Source: Nitrospirota bacterium (GTDB lineage: Bacteria; Nitrospirota; UBA9217). From it: a stretch of 64,000 bases of DNA. The stretch is taken from positions 2,112,001 to 2,176,000 of the forward strand of contig CAWFSF010000006.1 of NCBI GenBank assembly GCA_963818475.1, given 5' to 3'. A model generated the notes under the pieces. That model did not search any database. It was given only the letters and a program-made list of their open reading frames with translations, and was not told the DNA's origin. Shown here piece by piece: positions 32,627 to 44,086 of this stretch; within the stretch, counting starts at the first letter, position 1; each line of letters begins with the position of its first letter. Made by a program: the position numbers and the translations under genes.

Positions 32627-34364
32627 TTGATGAAAACCATCGAAACCTACGCAGATCGTCCCTGGACCCGGTCCTATGAACCGGGAGTGCTCCCCTCGCT
32701 CACCTATCCCGACAGCACGCTGGGAAACGTCCTCGCGCAAACCGCACAGAAATTCCCCGACCACACCGCGCTCCTTTTCTTCGGGAAAAAGATCTCCTAT
32801 GGCGAACTGGACAAACAGGTAGACCGGTTCGCCCAGGCGCTCATCGGGCTGGGGATCCGCAAGGGCGATCGGGTGGCGATCATGCTCCCGAACATCCCGC
32901 AGATGGTCATTGCCTACTACGGCACGCTCAGATCCGGGGCCGTCGCCGTCCCGACCAACCCCCTCTACCACGAACACGAGCTGGAGGTCCAGCTGAAGGA
33001 CAGCGGGGCCGAAACGCTGGTGGCCGTTGATATGTTCTTTCCTGTTATTAAGAATGTTCTGAACAAGACGGGCGTCAAGAACCTCATCCTCTGCGGCATC
33101 AAGGACTATCTGCCCTTCCCGCTGAACCTCCTCTATCCGGTGAAAGCGAAGATCGAGAAGCAGTGGGTGAGCGTAAAACGGGTGCCGCCGATCTACGATT
33201 TTGTGTCCCTGCTCAGCCAAGCCCCATCGACGCCGGTAAAAGCGGATATTTCACCCGACGATACGGCGCTCCTGCAGTATACCGGAGGTACGACCGGGGT
33301 GCCCAAGGGCGCGATCCTGACCCACCGGAACCTGGTGACGAACGCGGCGCAGAGCAGAGCATGGCTCACGCTCCGGAACGAGGGCGAAGAGCGGATCCTC
33401 TGCGTCATCCCCTTCTTCCATGTATACGGCATGACCACGGCCATGAACCTGGGCGTGCTCATCGGCGCCGAGCTGATCCTCCTCCCCAAGTTCCATACCA
33501 AAGAAGTGCTCCAGATGATCAACAAGCACCGGCCCACGATCTTCCCGGGGATCCAGGCCATGTACCTTGCCATCGGGAATTATCGACAGCATCAGCAAGT
33601 ACGACCTCACCTCCATAAAAGCGGCGATCAGCGGCGCCGGACCGCTCATGCGCGAGGTGCAGGACCGGTTCGAACAGCTGACCAAAGCGAGGATCGTCGA
33701 GGGCTATGGCCTGTCCGAGGCATCGCCGGTGACCCATGCCAATCCCATTTTCGGCAAGAGGAAGCTCGGCACCATCGGAGTGCCCTGGCCCGATGTCGAG
33801 GCGCGGATCGTGGACATCGAGACCGGCGAGAAGGAGCTGCCCGTGGGTGAGGCGGGCGAACTCGTGGTCAAGGGCCCGCAGGTGATGAAGGGCTACTGGA
33901 ACAAGCCGGAGGAAACGGCCCAGGCGCTCCGGGGCGGCTGGCTCCACACCGGAGATATCGCGAAAATGGACGAGGACGGATACTTTATGATCGTGGACCG
34001 CATCAAGGACATGATCAAGACCGTGGGCGAGAATGTCTACCCCCGTGAGGTGGAGGAAGTGCTCTTCACCCATCCCAAGGTAAAGGATGCCGTGGTCGTC
34101 GGGATCCCGCAGGAGTTCCTGGGGGAGGAGATCAAGGCATATATCGTTTTAAAAGAAGGAGTGACCGCAACTGCCGCTGAGATCATCCAGTTCTGCCGTG
34201 AGCAGCTGTCGAAGTTCAAAGTGCCGAAAGAGGTCGAGTTCCGCAAAGAACTGCCCAAGACCCTGGTCGGCAAGGTGCTCAGGCGCGTGCTCAGGGATGA
34301 GGAAATGAAAAAGATCGATCCAAAACAGGGTTGGACACGGATAAGATCGGAAGGGTCAGATTAA
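32627..34364 (+). CDS. fadD: Long-chain fatty acid-CoA ligase; frameshift near 33585
   Basis: [24 protein letters not shown] and LPKTLVGK motifs. Confidence 0.9.
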
Positions 34365-34439
34365 CTTCAACAGTCGTGGATCCAAGGACTTATCCGTCTT
34401 TCCCGTGTCAATCCGTGTCCCATGAATTAGGGAGTTCAC

Positions 34440-35724
34440 ATGAAAGAAGTTGTCATCATAGACGGGTTCCGCACACCCTATGCCAAAGCAGGCACGGTCT
34501 TCAAGGACGTGCACCCCGTTGACCTCGGTGCAGCCGTGGTCAAGGAGGTCGTCAGCGCGGACCGGCATCAATAAGGACCTCATCGATGAGGTGATCGTGG
34601 GCAATGCGGGTATGCCCGCGGATGCCGCGAACATCGCCCGGGTGATCGCGCTCCGTGCTGGCCTTCCCGAGCGCATTCCCGCATACAGCGTGCAGCGCAA
34701 CTGCGCTTCGGGCATGCAGGCGGCGGCGAGCGCCTATACGCAGATCCTGGCGAATATGACGGATATCGCCGTGGTTGCAGGCGTCGAGTCCATGTCCAGT
34801 TTCGATTTCTATATAAAGAAGAAACTGCGCGATGTCATTACGTCCGTGCAGCGGGCAAAGAGCATTGCTGCCGGTACCCGGGCAGTCCTCTCACTCAGGC
34901 CAGGGGACTTTGTGCCGGTTGTCGGACTGGTTTCGGGTCTCACCGACCCTGTTTCCGGCCTCAACATGGGACAGACCGCCGAGGTGCTCGTCCGGGACTT
35001 CGGCATCACGCGTCGCGAGCAGGACGAATTCGCGCTCTTGAGCCATCAGCGCTGGACCGCGGCGAACGAGGCCGGCAAGTTCAGGAACGAGATCGTGCCG
35101 TTCTATGTGCCGCCAAAGTTCGAAGCCGTGGAAGAGGACATCGGGCCGCGCAAGAACCAGACCCTGGAAGCGCTGGCAAAGCTGCCGCCCTATTTTGACC
35201 GGGCGTCCGGCACGGTCACGGCCGGCAATTCTTCGCCGATCACCGACGGTGCCGCCGCAGCGCTGATCATGAGCGCGGACCGGGCAAAAATGCTGGGGTA
35301 CAAGCCGCTCGGCACTATCAGGGCCGTGGCCTTTGCCGGGCTCGATCCGTCGCGCATGGGCCTGGGGCCGGTCTTTGCCACGCACAAGGCGCTCAAGATC
35401 GCAGGCATGGCAATGAAGGACATCGAGCTCATCGAGTTCAACGAGGCCTTTGCCGCCCAGGTCTATGCCTGCGAAAAGGCCGCGGTGTCGAAGGAGTTCT
35501 TCAAAAAACACCTTCCCGGCGAGGAGCCCTTTGGCGAGTTCCGGCGCGATATCATGAACGTGAACGGCGGGGCCATCGCCATCGGCCACCCCGTGGGATC
35601 GTCGGGCATCAGGATCGTGATCACGCTCCTGAAAGAGATGGAGCGGCGCGGCCTGTCCACCGGCCTTGCCACCCTGTGCATCGGCGGCGGACAGGGCGGA
35701 GCGATGATCGTGGAGAGAAAATAA
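34440..35724 (+). CDS. Acetyl-CoA C-acyltransferase (thiolase, FadA/FadI-like); frameshift near 34550
   Basis: NCASG, NEAFAAQ, GHPVG and CIGGGQG motifs; ATG 34440 gives MKEVVIIDGFRTP. Confidence 0.92.
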
Positions 35725-35828
35725 TGCAAAATGCAAAGTTCAAATTGCAAAGCTCAAGTTTAAACTCCTTTGCCACATCACTTCCCATTTTGCATTTTGC
35801 ACTTTACACTTTGAACTGAGGTAATCCC

Positions 35829-37992
35829 ATGTCCGCCTTCACCTATGAAATAAACAAGGACAACATCGCCATCCTCACCTTCGACCTGCCCGGTGAAAAG
35901 ATCAACAAGCTCACGATGCCGGTCATGTCCGAGCTGGACCTCCTTCTCGACGAGCTTGCGGTCAAGCGCGATATCAAGGCAATGGTCGTGCGAAGCGGCA
36001 AGGAAGGCAGCTTCATCGTCGGCGCCGACATAGCCGAGATCCGCGACATCACGGACGCCTCCGTTGGCGAAGCGCTTGCGCGCAGAGGGCAGGCTATTCT
36101 GAACAAGCTCGAAGCGCTCCCCTTCCCCACCATTGCCGCGATCCACGGCCCCTGTATGGGGGGCGGCATGGAGCTCGCCCTGGCCTGTTCGTACCGCGTG
36201 ATCAGCAACGACCAGAGAACGGCCCTTGCCCTGCCTGAGGTCAAGCTGGGGATCCTCCCCGGGTTCGGCGGCACCCAGCGGCTGCCGAGGCTGGTGGGAC
36301 TGGTCAATGCTCTCGATATGATCCTGACCGGCAAGTCCATCTACGCTAAAAAAGCGAAGAAGATCGGACTTGCCGACGAGATCACGTACAAGGAGACGCT
36401 TCTTGCCGCTGCCCTTGCCAGGGCAAAAAAGTCCGTCAATAAACAGGTCCCGTTGAAGATCCGCGCAAAGAGGCCGGTTCTCACAGCCGTGCTCGAAAGC
36501 AACCCCCTGACGAAACTGATCATTTATCAGCAGGCAGAAAAGAACGTCCTCCGCGAAACGCACGGCAATTATCCCGCCCCGCTTGCAGCGCTGGAAGCAG
36601 TGCGCTATGGCCTGCGCACGGGCATGGCAGCAGGCCTGCAGAACGAGGCTCGGCTCCTCGGCACGCTCGCGCCGACCGAGGTATCGAAGAACCTGATCTC
36701 GGTCTTCTATCTGAACGAAACGCTCAAAAAAGATCCTCACCCGTCTCCGCTTGCGATCTCGTCTGCAGGCGTGCTGGGCGCAGGCGTCATGGGCGGCGGC
36801 ATTGCGCAGCTCTTTGCCGAAAAAGGCATGACAATCAGGATGAAGGACATCACATACGAAAGCGGTGAGCGCAGGCCTCAAGGAAGCAGCCGGAATATTC
36901 GCGAAGCGGAAGAAAAAAGGCATCCTGACCGAGATCCAGTCTCGGGACGGTTTCGACCGCATCACGGGCAGTGTTGACTACAGCGGCTTTGGCCGGGTGG
37001 ACATCGGTGTCGAGGCTGTGATCGAGAACATGGATGTCAAAAAGAGCGTGCTTACGGACTTTGAACGGGCGACACAGGAACAGACCATCTTTGCGTCGAA
37101 CACCTCGTCCCTTTCGATCACCGAGATGGCAAAAGCGTCACAGCGCCCGGACAAGGTCGTGGGCATGCACTTCTTCAATCCCGTTGAGAAGATGCCGCTC
37201 GTGGAAGTGGTGCGCGGCAGAAGGACCTCGGCGGAGACCGTCGCCGCCATCACCACCCTTTCGCGCAGGATCGGCAAGCTGCCCGTGGTGGTGAACGACG
37301 GCCCGGGCTTCCTGGTGAACCGAATTCTTATGCCTTATCTGAATGAAGCAGCTAAGATGCTCGAACAAGGCGGCACGATCGAAGAGATAGATAGTGTCCT
37401 GCTCAAGTTCGGCATGCCCATGGGCGCCTTCATTCTGCTCGACGAGATCGGCATCGATATCGCGCACAAGGTCGCGGACATCCTGCATAGCGGCCTGGGC
37501 GAACGGGTCAAGCCTTCAGGCCTGCTCGCTGCACTGTATAAGGAAGGATACCTCGGGAAAAAGAACGGCAAAGGCTTTTATACTTATACAGGACGGAAGC
37601 GTGGCAAGCCCGATGCTTCAATATATAGGATGATCACTGGAGGAACAGGTGAAAGAGGAGCTATTCCTACGGACGAGATCGTAGACCGGGCGATACTGCT
37701 CATGATAAAGGAAGCCGCGCTCTGCCTTGAGGAAAAGATCATCGACCGGCCGGACCTTCTTGATGCAGCGCTCATCTTCGGCATCGGGTTCCCGCCCTTC
37801 CGCGGCGGTTTGCTTAAATATGCGGACACGATCGGGGCAAAGGCAATTGTCGAGAAGCTCGAAGGATATGCTAAAAAGTACGGCGAGCGGTTCGCCCCGC
37901 CTGCATCTCTTGTGGAGATGGCAAGGGACGGGAAGGTGTTTTACCAGAAAATAAGAGAAAATATTAATCATCTCACAATAGAAACTTCATAA
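35829..37992 (+). CDS. fadJ: Fatty acid oxidation multifunctional enzyme (enoyl-CoA hydratase/3-hydroxyacyl-CoA dehydrogenase); frameshift near 36860
   Basis: GADI, GGGMELAL, LPEVKLG, GAGVMGGG, SNTSSL and MHFFNPVEKMPLVEV motifs. Confidence 0.88.
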
Positions 37993-38066
37993 AAAAATGA
38001 CCTAACCCCATTAGGCGTTAGGTGTCCAAGGGAAATAAAGGTCACAGAGATTCAGATGCAGTTGGG

Positions 38067-39836
38067 TCAGTATTTGCCGGGATCAAGTTCGTGGGCTTTT
38101 TTGAAGTATGTAGAACTCTGTTCAGTCAGATTTTTCCGCTGAAATACTTCACCAAGAAGGAAATAAACCTCAGCCTCATCTGGAATATAGCGAAGAGCAA
38201 TATTTAAATTTTCTATCGCCGCGTCAGGCATCCCCTTCAGGTAAAGACCCTTGCCGATGTTGTAGTACAGAATGCCGGTGTCAATATTGTCAAAGCGATT
38301 TGATTTCACCGTGATCATCAATTCATTCAGCCCCTCGTCAATTCTGCCTGTCTGGATATATGCAGTCCCAAGGTTCGAGCGTGCTTCCGCATACGAGCTA
38401 TCCACATCGAGGGCTTTTCTGAAATAGTATATCGCTTCATATATTCTGGAGTTCTCCAGATAATAAATACCAACCATGTTATATCCCCTCGGGTTAAGGG
38501 GCTTTTTGACAATTGCATCACTCCAGAGAGTCAACTCTTCCTTCCAGACCTTGTTTCGTGCATAGGCTGCATACGAGAGAGCAATGACTGTGATGGCAAG
38601 GATGCAGGCCGCGGCTTTCCGCAAGTGCCTGCGAGTCAATGCCGTTTTCTCCAGCGCATGAACAAACGCGGCCGTGACAGCAATAATTGCTCCGACGCTC
38701 GGCAGATATAATCTATGCTCAAACATGACATCGATTAACGGAATGATACTGGATTCAATGGATAGTGTTACAAAAAACCAGAGAATACCGAACGATACGA
38801 GTCGCAAATACGAGCGCGCACCGCGCGAGACCTTGAGCAGATACCATGCCGAACATACCAGCAGTGCAATTGCCACCAGCGACGCGATGACAGCGGGTTC
38901 AAAGACATTACTGTAAACCTTGTAATGATGGTCTATTGTCTGGTTGACCGGGAAAAACAGCAGCCGTATATAGGTGACAATGACCCTAAATTGAGTAACC
39001 AGGTAATCATGTCGCGTAATTTCGTTGGTGTCCTTGAATTTTTCAAATAGACCAGGCAGATCATGGGTAGTGATGACGAATACAAAAAAAGCCAGTACCA
39101 AGCCTGACAGGAAAACAACAATACGCCAATGTTTCCTGAAAGTTGTGAGTAAGCGTGACAAGCCGCTAATGAACATTGCCTCATACATGACTGCGACAAT
39201 GGGCAGCGTATATGCGTTTTCTTTGATTTTCAGACTTACGAGCGCTGACAAGCCTGCGATAAAATACAGCAGTATCGCTGCCCGATGAGACCATAATCTG
39301 TGGGGTGGTGCGGTAGAGTCCCTGTTTTTGACAATCAGCCTGGCCAGGATATAAAAATCAAGCGACAGCATGAAAAACAACGCAGCCAATGATGCAAATC
39401 TCTGCACTATGTAGGTAACCGCCTGTGTTTGAACCGGGTGCGTAACAAACAAGAGAGCGCACGCAAAAGCAAGCCATCCGTCAGAAATGAGCGCACCCTT
39501 GCGACCGCTGAAATAAGGTGTTCTGAGAGTGAGGAGAACAAAGAAATAAACGGACAATGCGGTGAAAATGTGAATCCCTGTGTTCACAAGATGGTATCCA
39601 ACCGGGTTTAAGCCGCCAGCCATATAATTCAGCGCAAATGTCAGAAATCCGAACCAGCGTGCACCTTCTGGTGGCCACAGGTTCCCGATATCCCGGATTA
39701 AAGGATTGTCTACGATGTTTAACTTGTCATCAAACTGGAACGAGGCCGTCAGGGTATTCGAGTAGATCAATGCACCTAGTACGGAAATAATGACGAGATG
39801 GCATACTGTTGCAGCGTTGCGTTTGAAGTTATTCAC
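38067..39836 (-). CDS. Multi-TM, C-terminal TPR protein (TMTC-like/GT-C putative protein glycosyltransferase)
   Basis: FQFDD, YHLVN..IH, HPVQTQAVTYI.QR, KEN and EHRLYLP motifs followed by TPRs; lower GC than flanks. Confidence 0.85.
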   Translation of the reverse strand: MNNFKRNAATVCHLVIISVLGALIYSNTLTASFQFDDKLNIVDNPLIRDIGNLWPPEGARWFGFLTFALNYMAGGLNPVGYHLVNTGIHIFTALSVYFFVLLTLRTPYFSGRKGALISDGWLAFACALLFVTHPVQTQAVTYIVQRFASLAALFFMLSLDFYILARLIVKNRDSTAPPHRLWSHRAAILLYFIAGLSALVSLKIKENAYTLPIVAVMYEAMFISGLSRLLTTFRKHWRIVVFLSGLVLAFFVFVITTHDLPGLFEKFKDTNEITRHDYLVTQFRVIVTYIRLLFFPVNQTIDHHYKVYSNVFEPAVIASLVAIALLVCSAWYLLKVSRGARSYLRLVSFGILWFFVTLSIESSIIPLIDVMFEHRLYLPSVGAIIAVTAAFVHALEKTALTRRHLRKAAACILAITVIALSYAAYARNKVWKEELTLWSDAIVKKPLNPRGYNMVGIYYLENSRIYEAIYYFRKALDVDSSYAEARSNLGTAYIQTGRIDEGLNELMITVKSNRFDNIDTGILYYNIGKGLYLKGMPDAAIENLNIALRYIPDEAEVYFLLGEVFQRKNLTEQSSTYFKKAHELDPGKY

Positions 39837-40233
39837 AGGTCATATCACTCACGAGCAGCGTAGCCGTGGAACCGCACAAAATAAGTAGCCACGTCACAAA
39901 TCATAACCAATTGATGTACTTGGCACCTAATAGGGCTCTATTCAGCCAGTGGTCGCATCTATTGACGAAGGTTAGGCGTTTAGAATTGTCTCTCGAACCC
40001 GGTCGTCTTGAATACGGCTTTTTTAACGTTGCCCCGATAGGTGATGTGGTACACTCCTAGGCATTCAATGCAAAGTGGGCGTACCATGCGTGAATTTATC
40101 GGAAGTATAGACAAAAGTCAAGCAGTACAGACCCATGTGTAGCACCCCATGAAAACCGACCCTCCTCCCATCAACGGGAATTCATCCTCCCCCTCACATA
40201 AACCTGCATATTCGTTGATTCGCCATTCAAATA

Positions 40234-40345
40234 CTTAATGCTGATACAGTAGATGGAAAACATGCCACCGATCTTGCGTCAGCAGTTCACACGTATAGTC
40301 AATCCGAAGTGACTGGCCTGGAAGCGGCCCTCGCTGGGAAGTCAG
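40234..40345 (+). pseudogene. Fragment encoding fibre/phage-tail-repeat-like sequence
   Basis: Frame reads LNADTVDGKHATDLASAVHTYSQSEVTGLEAALAGKS with no credible start. Confidence 0.5.
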
Positions 40346-40369
40346 AGAATCTAAAAAGGGGGTACTACA

Positions 40370-40558
40370 ATGCGTAAAGCACTAATGATTTTAAGCATCA
40401 TGACAGCTGCCTCACTTTTCAGCACAACGGCTTTTGCATCAGTGAACGACGATCAGGTCACATCACAAAAGATCAGGGAAGCCGACGGGACCAGCGGCCA
40501 AGACACGAATAGCGGTAGCGGAGTAAAGACGGGGCACATTCAGGAAAAAGAGGCGTGA
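40370..40558 (+). pseudogene. Signal-peptide-bearing N-terminal fragment of a secreted (fibre-like) protein
   Basis: G-rich RBS, signal peptide ending TAFA, then VTSQKI..GVKTGHIQ and an early stop, 48 nt before an IS. Confidence 0.5.
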
Positions 40559-40605
40559 TCGTTGTTTTGCCTCAGTCGGAAATGGACTTTTAAGCTGTTT
40601 GAGTG

Positions 40606-42015
40606 TGTACTCCCAAAATGATAATGTCCTATTCTCCCAAAGTAGAAATGTCCTATTCTAAGTTACAATACCCTGATGTAATTGGAGGGTACTGTGACAG
40701 AAATGGACATGATCACTATGAGCAGGAGAGAAACAAAAAGACTGCACATTATCCACCAAGCATTGGATAAAAGGATCACGCAGAAGACAGCTGCTGAACT
40801 TGTAGGCTTGAGCAGCAGGCAGATTCGACGGATACTCAAACGAGTACGGAAGGAGGGAGACGACGGCATCAGTCACCGATCCCGCGGCAAAACCTCGAAT
40901 CGTCGATTCCCTCAGAAGGCAAAAGACAAGGCACTCAAGCTGTATCGGGAGAAATACAGTGATTTTGGCCCCACCTTTGCCTGCGAGAAGCTTCTTGATG
41001 TTCATGAAATCAAGCTAAGCGACGAAACCCTCCGTCTATGGCTTAATCAGGAAAGCATCCCTTACGAGAAGCGCAAGGGTAGAAAGCACCGGCAATGGCG
41101 CGAGAGGAAGCATCATTTTGGTGAAATGCTCCAGATGGATGGCTCCCATCATGCCTGGTTCGAAGGCCGGGGTCCTGAGAGCGTATTAATGGGATATATC
41201 GATGATGCCACAGGAACGGTGTATGGGCGCTTTTATGATTATGAGGGGACCATGCCAGCCATGGATAGCTTCAAGCGGTATATCAAGCGCTACGGCATTC
41301 CACAGAGTGTCTATTTGGACAAGCACTCAACGTATAAATCCAATGCCAAGCAGAGCATCGAGGATGAGTTGGAAGATAGAAAACCCATGAGCCAGTTCGA
41401 AAGGAGTCTAACCGAACTCGGGGTAACGGTCATCCATGCGAATTCACCCCAGGCAAAAGGCAGGATAGAAAGAAGTTTTCGAACGCTCCAGGATCGATTG
41501 GTTAAAGAGATGAGGCTTGCCAGGGTAAACAGTGTTGTGCAGGCAAACGAATTCCTGATAAAGTATCATCCAATATACAATGCGAAATTCAAGGTAAAAC
41601 CCGTTTCTGCAGCCGATGTACACCAACGCGCGCTATCCATAAGGGAACTCGACAAGATCTTCTGCATTCGAGAGGAGCGTACGCTACGGAACGATTTCAC
41701 CATAGCTTATAATGGCAAACTGTACCAGATCAAAGACGCTATAAAGACTCAAAAGGTCGCAGTGGAAGAACGACTCGATGGATCTCTGCATATCACTCAC
41801 AGGGGCTTGGAATTAACATATCGGGAGATCAAAACACGGCCAGCGAAAGAAAACCCTAAAACACCGGCAGTCAATAAGAAACCGACAAGTCGGTATCAAC
41901 CATCAGATCATCCATGGAAGAGACTCCGCAGAGCAAATGTACAATTTCCAATTGCTTCCTAAAAGCGGACATTTCTATCTTGGTAAGAGTAGGACATTTC
42001 TACTTTGGGTTGACA
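40606..42015 (+). mobile_element. Complete ISNCY/IS1202-family insertion sequence (1410 bp) with 16-bp target duplication
   Basis: TGT...ACA ends; imperfect TIRs with repeated AATGTCC/GGACATT sites; DR TTAAGCTGTTTGAGTG at 40590-40605 and 42016-42031. Confidence 0.92.
40682..41962 (+). CDS. DDE transposase (HTH + integrase core), IS1202/ISNCY type
   Basis: YSDFGPT, QMDGSHHAW, IDDAT, YLDKH and SPQAKGRIERSFRTLQDRL motifs. Confidence 0.95.
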   Translation: MEGTVTEMDMITMSRRETKRLHIIHQALDKRITQKTAAELVGLSSRQIRRILKRVRKEGDDGISHRSRGKTSNRRFPQKAKDKALKLYREKYSDFGPTFACEKLLDVHEIKLSDETLRLWLNQESIPYEKRKGRKHRQWRERKHHFGEMLQMDGSHHAWFEGRGPESVLMGYIDDATGTVYGRFYDYEGTMPAMDSFKRYIKRYGIPQSVYLDKHSTYKSNAKQSIEDELEDRKPMSQFERSLTELGVTVIHANSPQAKGRIERSFRTLQDRLVKEMRLARVNSVVQANEFLIKYHPIYNAKFKVKPVSAADVHQRALSIRELDKIFCIREERTLRNDFTIAYNGKLYQIKDAIKTQKVAVEERLDGSLHITHRGLELTYREIKTRPAKENPKTPAVNKKPTSRYQPSDHPWKRLRRANVQFPIAS

Positions 42016-42113
42016 TTAAGCTGTTTGAGTGTTGCCTTTTCCCCACAAAACATGGTATATTTTTCGATTAGTTGCACTAACTCGAAACTCATTAACTATA
42101 GAGGAGAAGACCA

Positions 42114-42644
42114 ATGCGCAACAGGATGGGCCTATCGATCGCTTCGATCACCTTGTTCATGGTTGTCTGTTTTACGGGAGGATCGGCTCATGCAGCGAAG
42201 GCCACGCCGGTCAGCAGAGGGGACCAGGCGCCTGACTTCACGCTCAAGGACCTGAACGGCAAGAAGATATCGCTTCACGATTACCGCGGCTCCGTCGTGC
42301 TGCTCAATTTCTGGGGATCATTCTGCATGCCCTGCAGGGCTGAGATGCCTTCGCTGAACAACCTGTATGGAACACTGAAGGATAAGGGCTTCACGATCAT
42401 CGGGGTTTCTCTGGACCGCACAGAAGGACCGGTCAGGTCCCTCGTCGAGTCCGGGCACCTGGCCTTTCCCATCTGCATTGACGAGGGGAAAAAAGTTTAC
42501 TACGAGAAGTATGCGATCTTCGCGTTGCCGCTCACTTTTCTGATCGATAAAAAGGGAGTGATCATCGAGATATATTTAGGCAAGCAGGAATGGGACTCTC
42601 CTGAAATGATCGAAAGTATCCTCAAGCTGATCGCAGAAAAGTGA
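42114..42644 (+). CDS. TlpA/ResA-family thiol:disulfide oxidoreductase
   Basis: APDFTL, LNFWGSFCMPCRAEMP and LPLTFLID motifs; signal peptide. Confidence 0.92.
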   Translation: MRNRMGLSIASITLFMVVCFTGGSAHAAKATPVSRGDQAPDFTLKDLNGKKISLHDYRGSVVLLNFWGSFCMPCRAEMPSLNNLYGTLKDKGFTIIGVSLDRTEGPVRSLVESGHLAFPICIDEGKKVYYEKYAIFALPLTFLIDKKGVIIEIYLGKQEWDSPEMIESILKLIAEK

Positions 42645-42815
42645 CGATCCATGCCCGCTCGGAAAGCTTGGATTTGACATTCTGTTGCAAAATCATGTAG
42701 GATGCAATCGTTCGTATCGACAGATCGTATCCTAACGTGACCGTGGTGAAGCTATCCATGTGCACTGATCATCATCAACGTTAACGGCTTAGCTGCCCCA
42801 TAACAAAAGGCGCAC

Positions 42816-43709
42816 ATGGACATTCACCAGCTTCAGGTATTCCTCTCGGTCTACCGCAACAAAAGCTTTTCCCTTGCCGCCAGGGAGCTGCATCTCACGC
42901 AGCCCTCGGTCAGCATCCATGTGAAAAAGCTTGAGGAAGAGCTGGGAATAAAGCTCTTCGACCGGGTAGGCAGAAGAACGATCCCCACCAAGGAAGGCAG
43001 CCTCCTGTATACCAGGGCCGGTGAGATCGTTGAACAGCTGAAGGACATCAGGACCGACCTATCGTCCTCAGAAAAGGAGGTCAAAGGGCTTTTGAACATC
43101 GGCGCCACGAGCATCCCCGGCTCCTACGTGGTCCCGCCTCTGGCAGCAGAATTCAGCAAACGCTATCCCGAGGTCTTCTTCCAGGTCACCATCGACGGCA
43201 CGAAGGAGATCGTTGACAAGGTCGCCGGCGGAGAACTGCTGCTCGGGATCGTGGGTGACCTGAAGAGCGCGAAGGATGTCGAGCGCGTCCACTCCTTCCG
43301 GGATGAGCTCGTGCTCGTGGCCGCGCCGGGCCTTATCTGGAACAAGGAGATCTCGCCGCTCAAGCTTTTCACGCTGCCGCTCCTCATGCGTGAGGAGGAG
43401 TCGGATTCGCGCAAGAGCATGGAGCAGCACCATTTCCTGCACCGCATCAGCCTCAAAGCGTTGAACATCAAGGCCATCCTGGGCTCCACGGACTCGCTGC
43501 GGGAAGCGGTAAAATCGGGGCTCGGGGCCTCCATTTTGTCGCGCTTCGTGATCAAGGATGACCTCAAGGCAGGCCGCGTCGAGGAGATCCGCATCAAGGG
43601 AGTGAAGATGAAGCGGCTTTTGTACGTCATCACGAACAAAAAGCGCGCCCTCCCCGAGCACTACCGCGCATTCGTACAGTTCCTTACAGAAAAGCTTCCG
43701 AAAGCCTGA
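42816..43709 (+). CDS. LysR-family regulator (CysL / selenium-metabolism-associated type)
   Basis: LTQPSVS HTH, GATSIPGSY and REEESDSR motifs; upstream TTGACA-18-TAGGAT promoter. Confidence 0.88.
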   Translation: MDIHQLQVFLSVYRNKSFSLAARELHLTQPSVSIHVKKLEEELGIKLFDRVGRRTIPTKEGSLLYTRAGEIVEQLKDIRTDLSSSEKEVKGLLNIGATSIPGSYVVPPLAAEFSKRYPEVFFQVTIDGTKEIVDKVAGGELLLGIVGDLKSAKDVERVHSFRDELVLVAAPGLIWNKEISPLKLFTLPLLMREEESDSRKSMEQHHFLHRISLKALNIKAILGSTDSLREAVKSGLGASILSRFVIKDDLKAGRVEEIRIKGVKMKRLLYVITNKKRALPEHYRAFVQFLTEKLPKA

Positions 43710-43927
43710 ATCCATTCACTCCTTTTCGAATCGGATAAAGAAGAAATTATCGCCAGCTGCATATGCTCTTTTTCTCTAAAAAGGTGATACTATTGTGATT
43801 ATCAGGATAAAATCGCTGCAATCTTGTACGCTGCACTACTCAGCCTATTCACCAGTTGGATTAGAGAAAATCCGGAATTACCCGGTGTCTCCCCGTTTTC
43901 GCGCCTGCGGGAGAAGAGAATTTAATA

Positions 43928-44074
43928 ATGATGATCCCGTAAGAAATCTCCCAAGCCGTCATTGCGAGGAGCGAAGCGACGCGGCAATCTCGTTTTTCCG
44001 ATCAGTTACTAACTGCGAGATTGCTTCGCTATGATCGCAAAGACGGCTTTTCAGGCTTATTACGAATCGTCAAT
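43928..44074. repeat. MITE-like element with TIRs enclosing GTCATTGCGAG..GCAATC / GATTGCTTCG palindrome
   Basis: Ends ATGATGATCCCGTAAGAAATC and GCTTATTACGAATCGTCAAT; internal inverted repeat. Confidence 0.65.
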
Positions 44075-44086
44075 AATGTACGGTAA

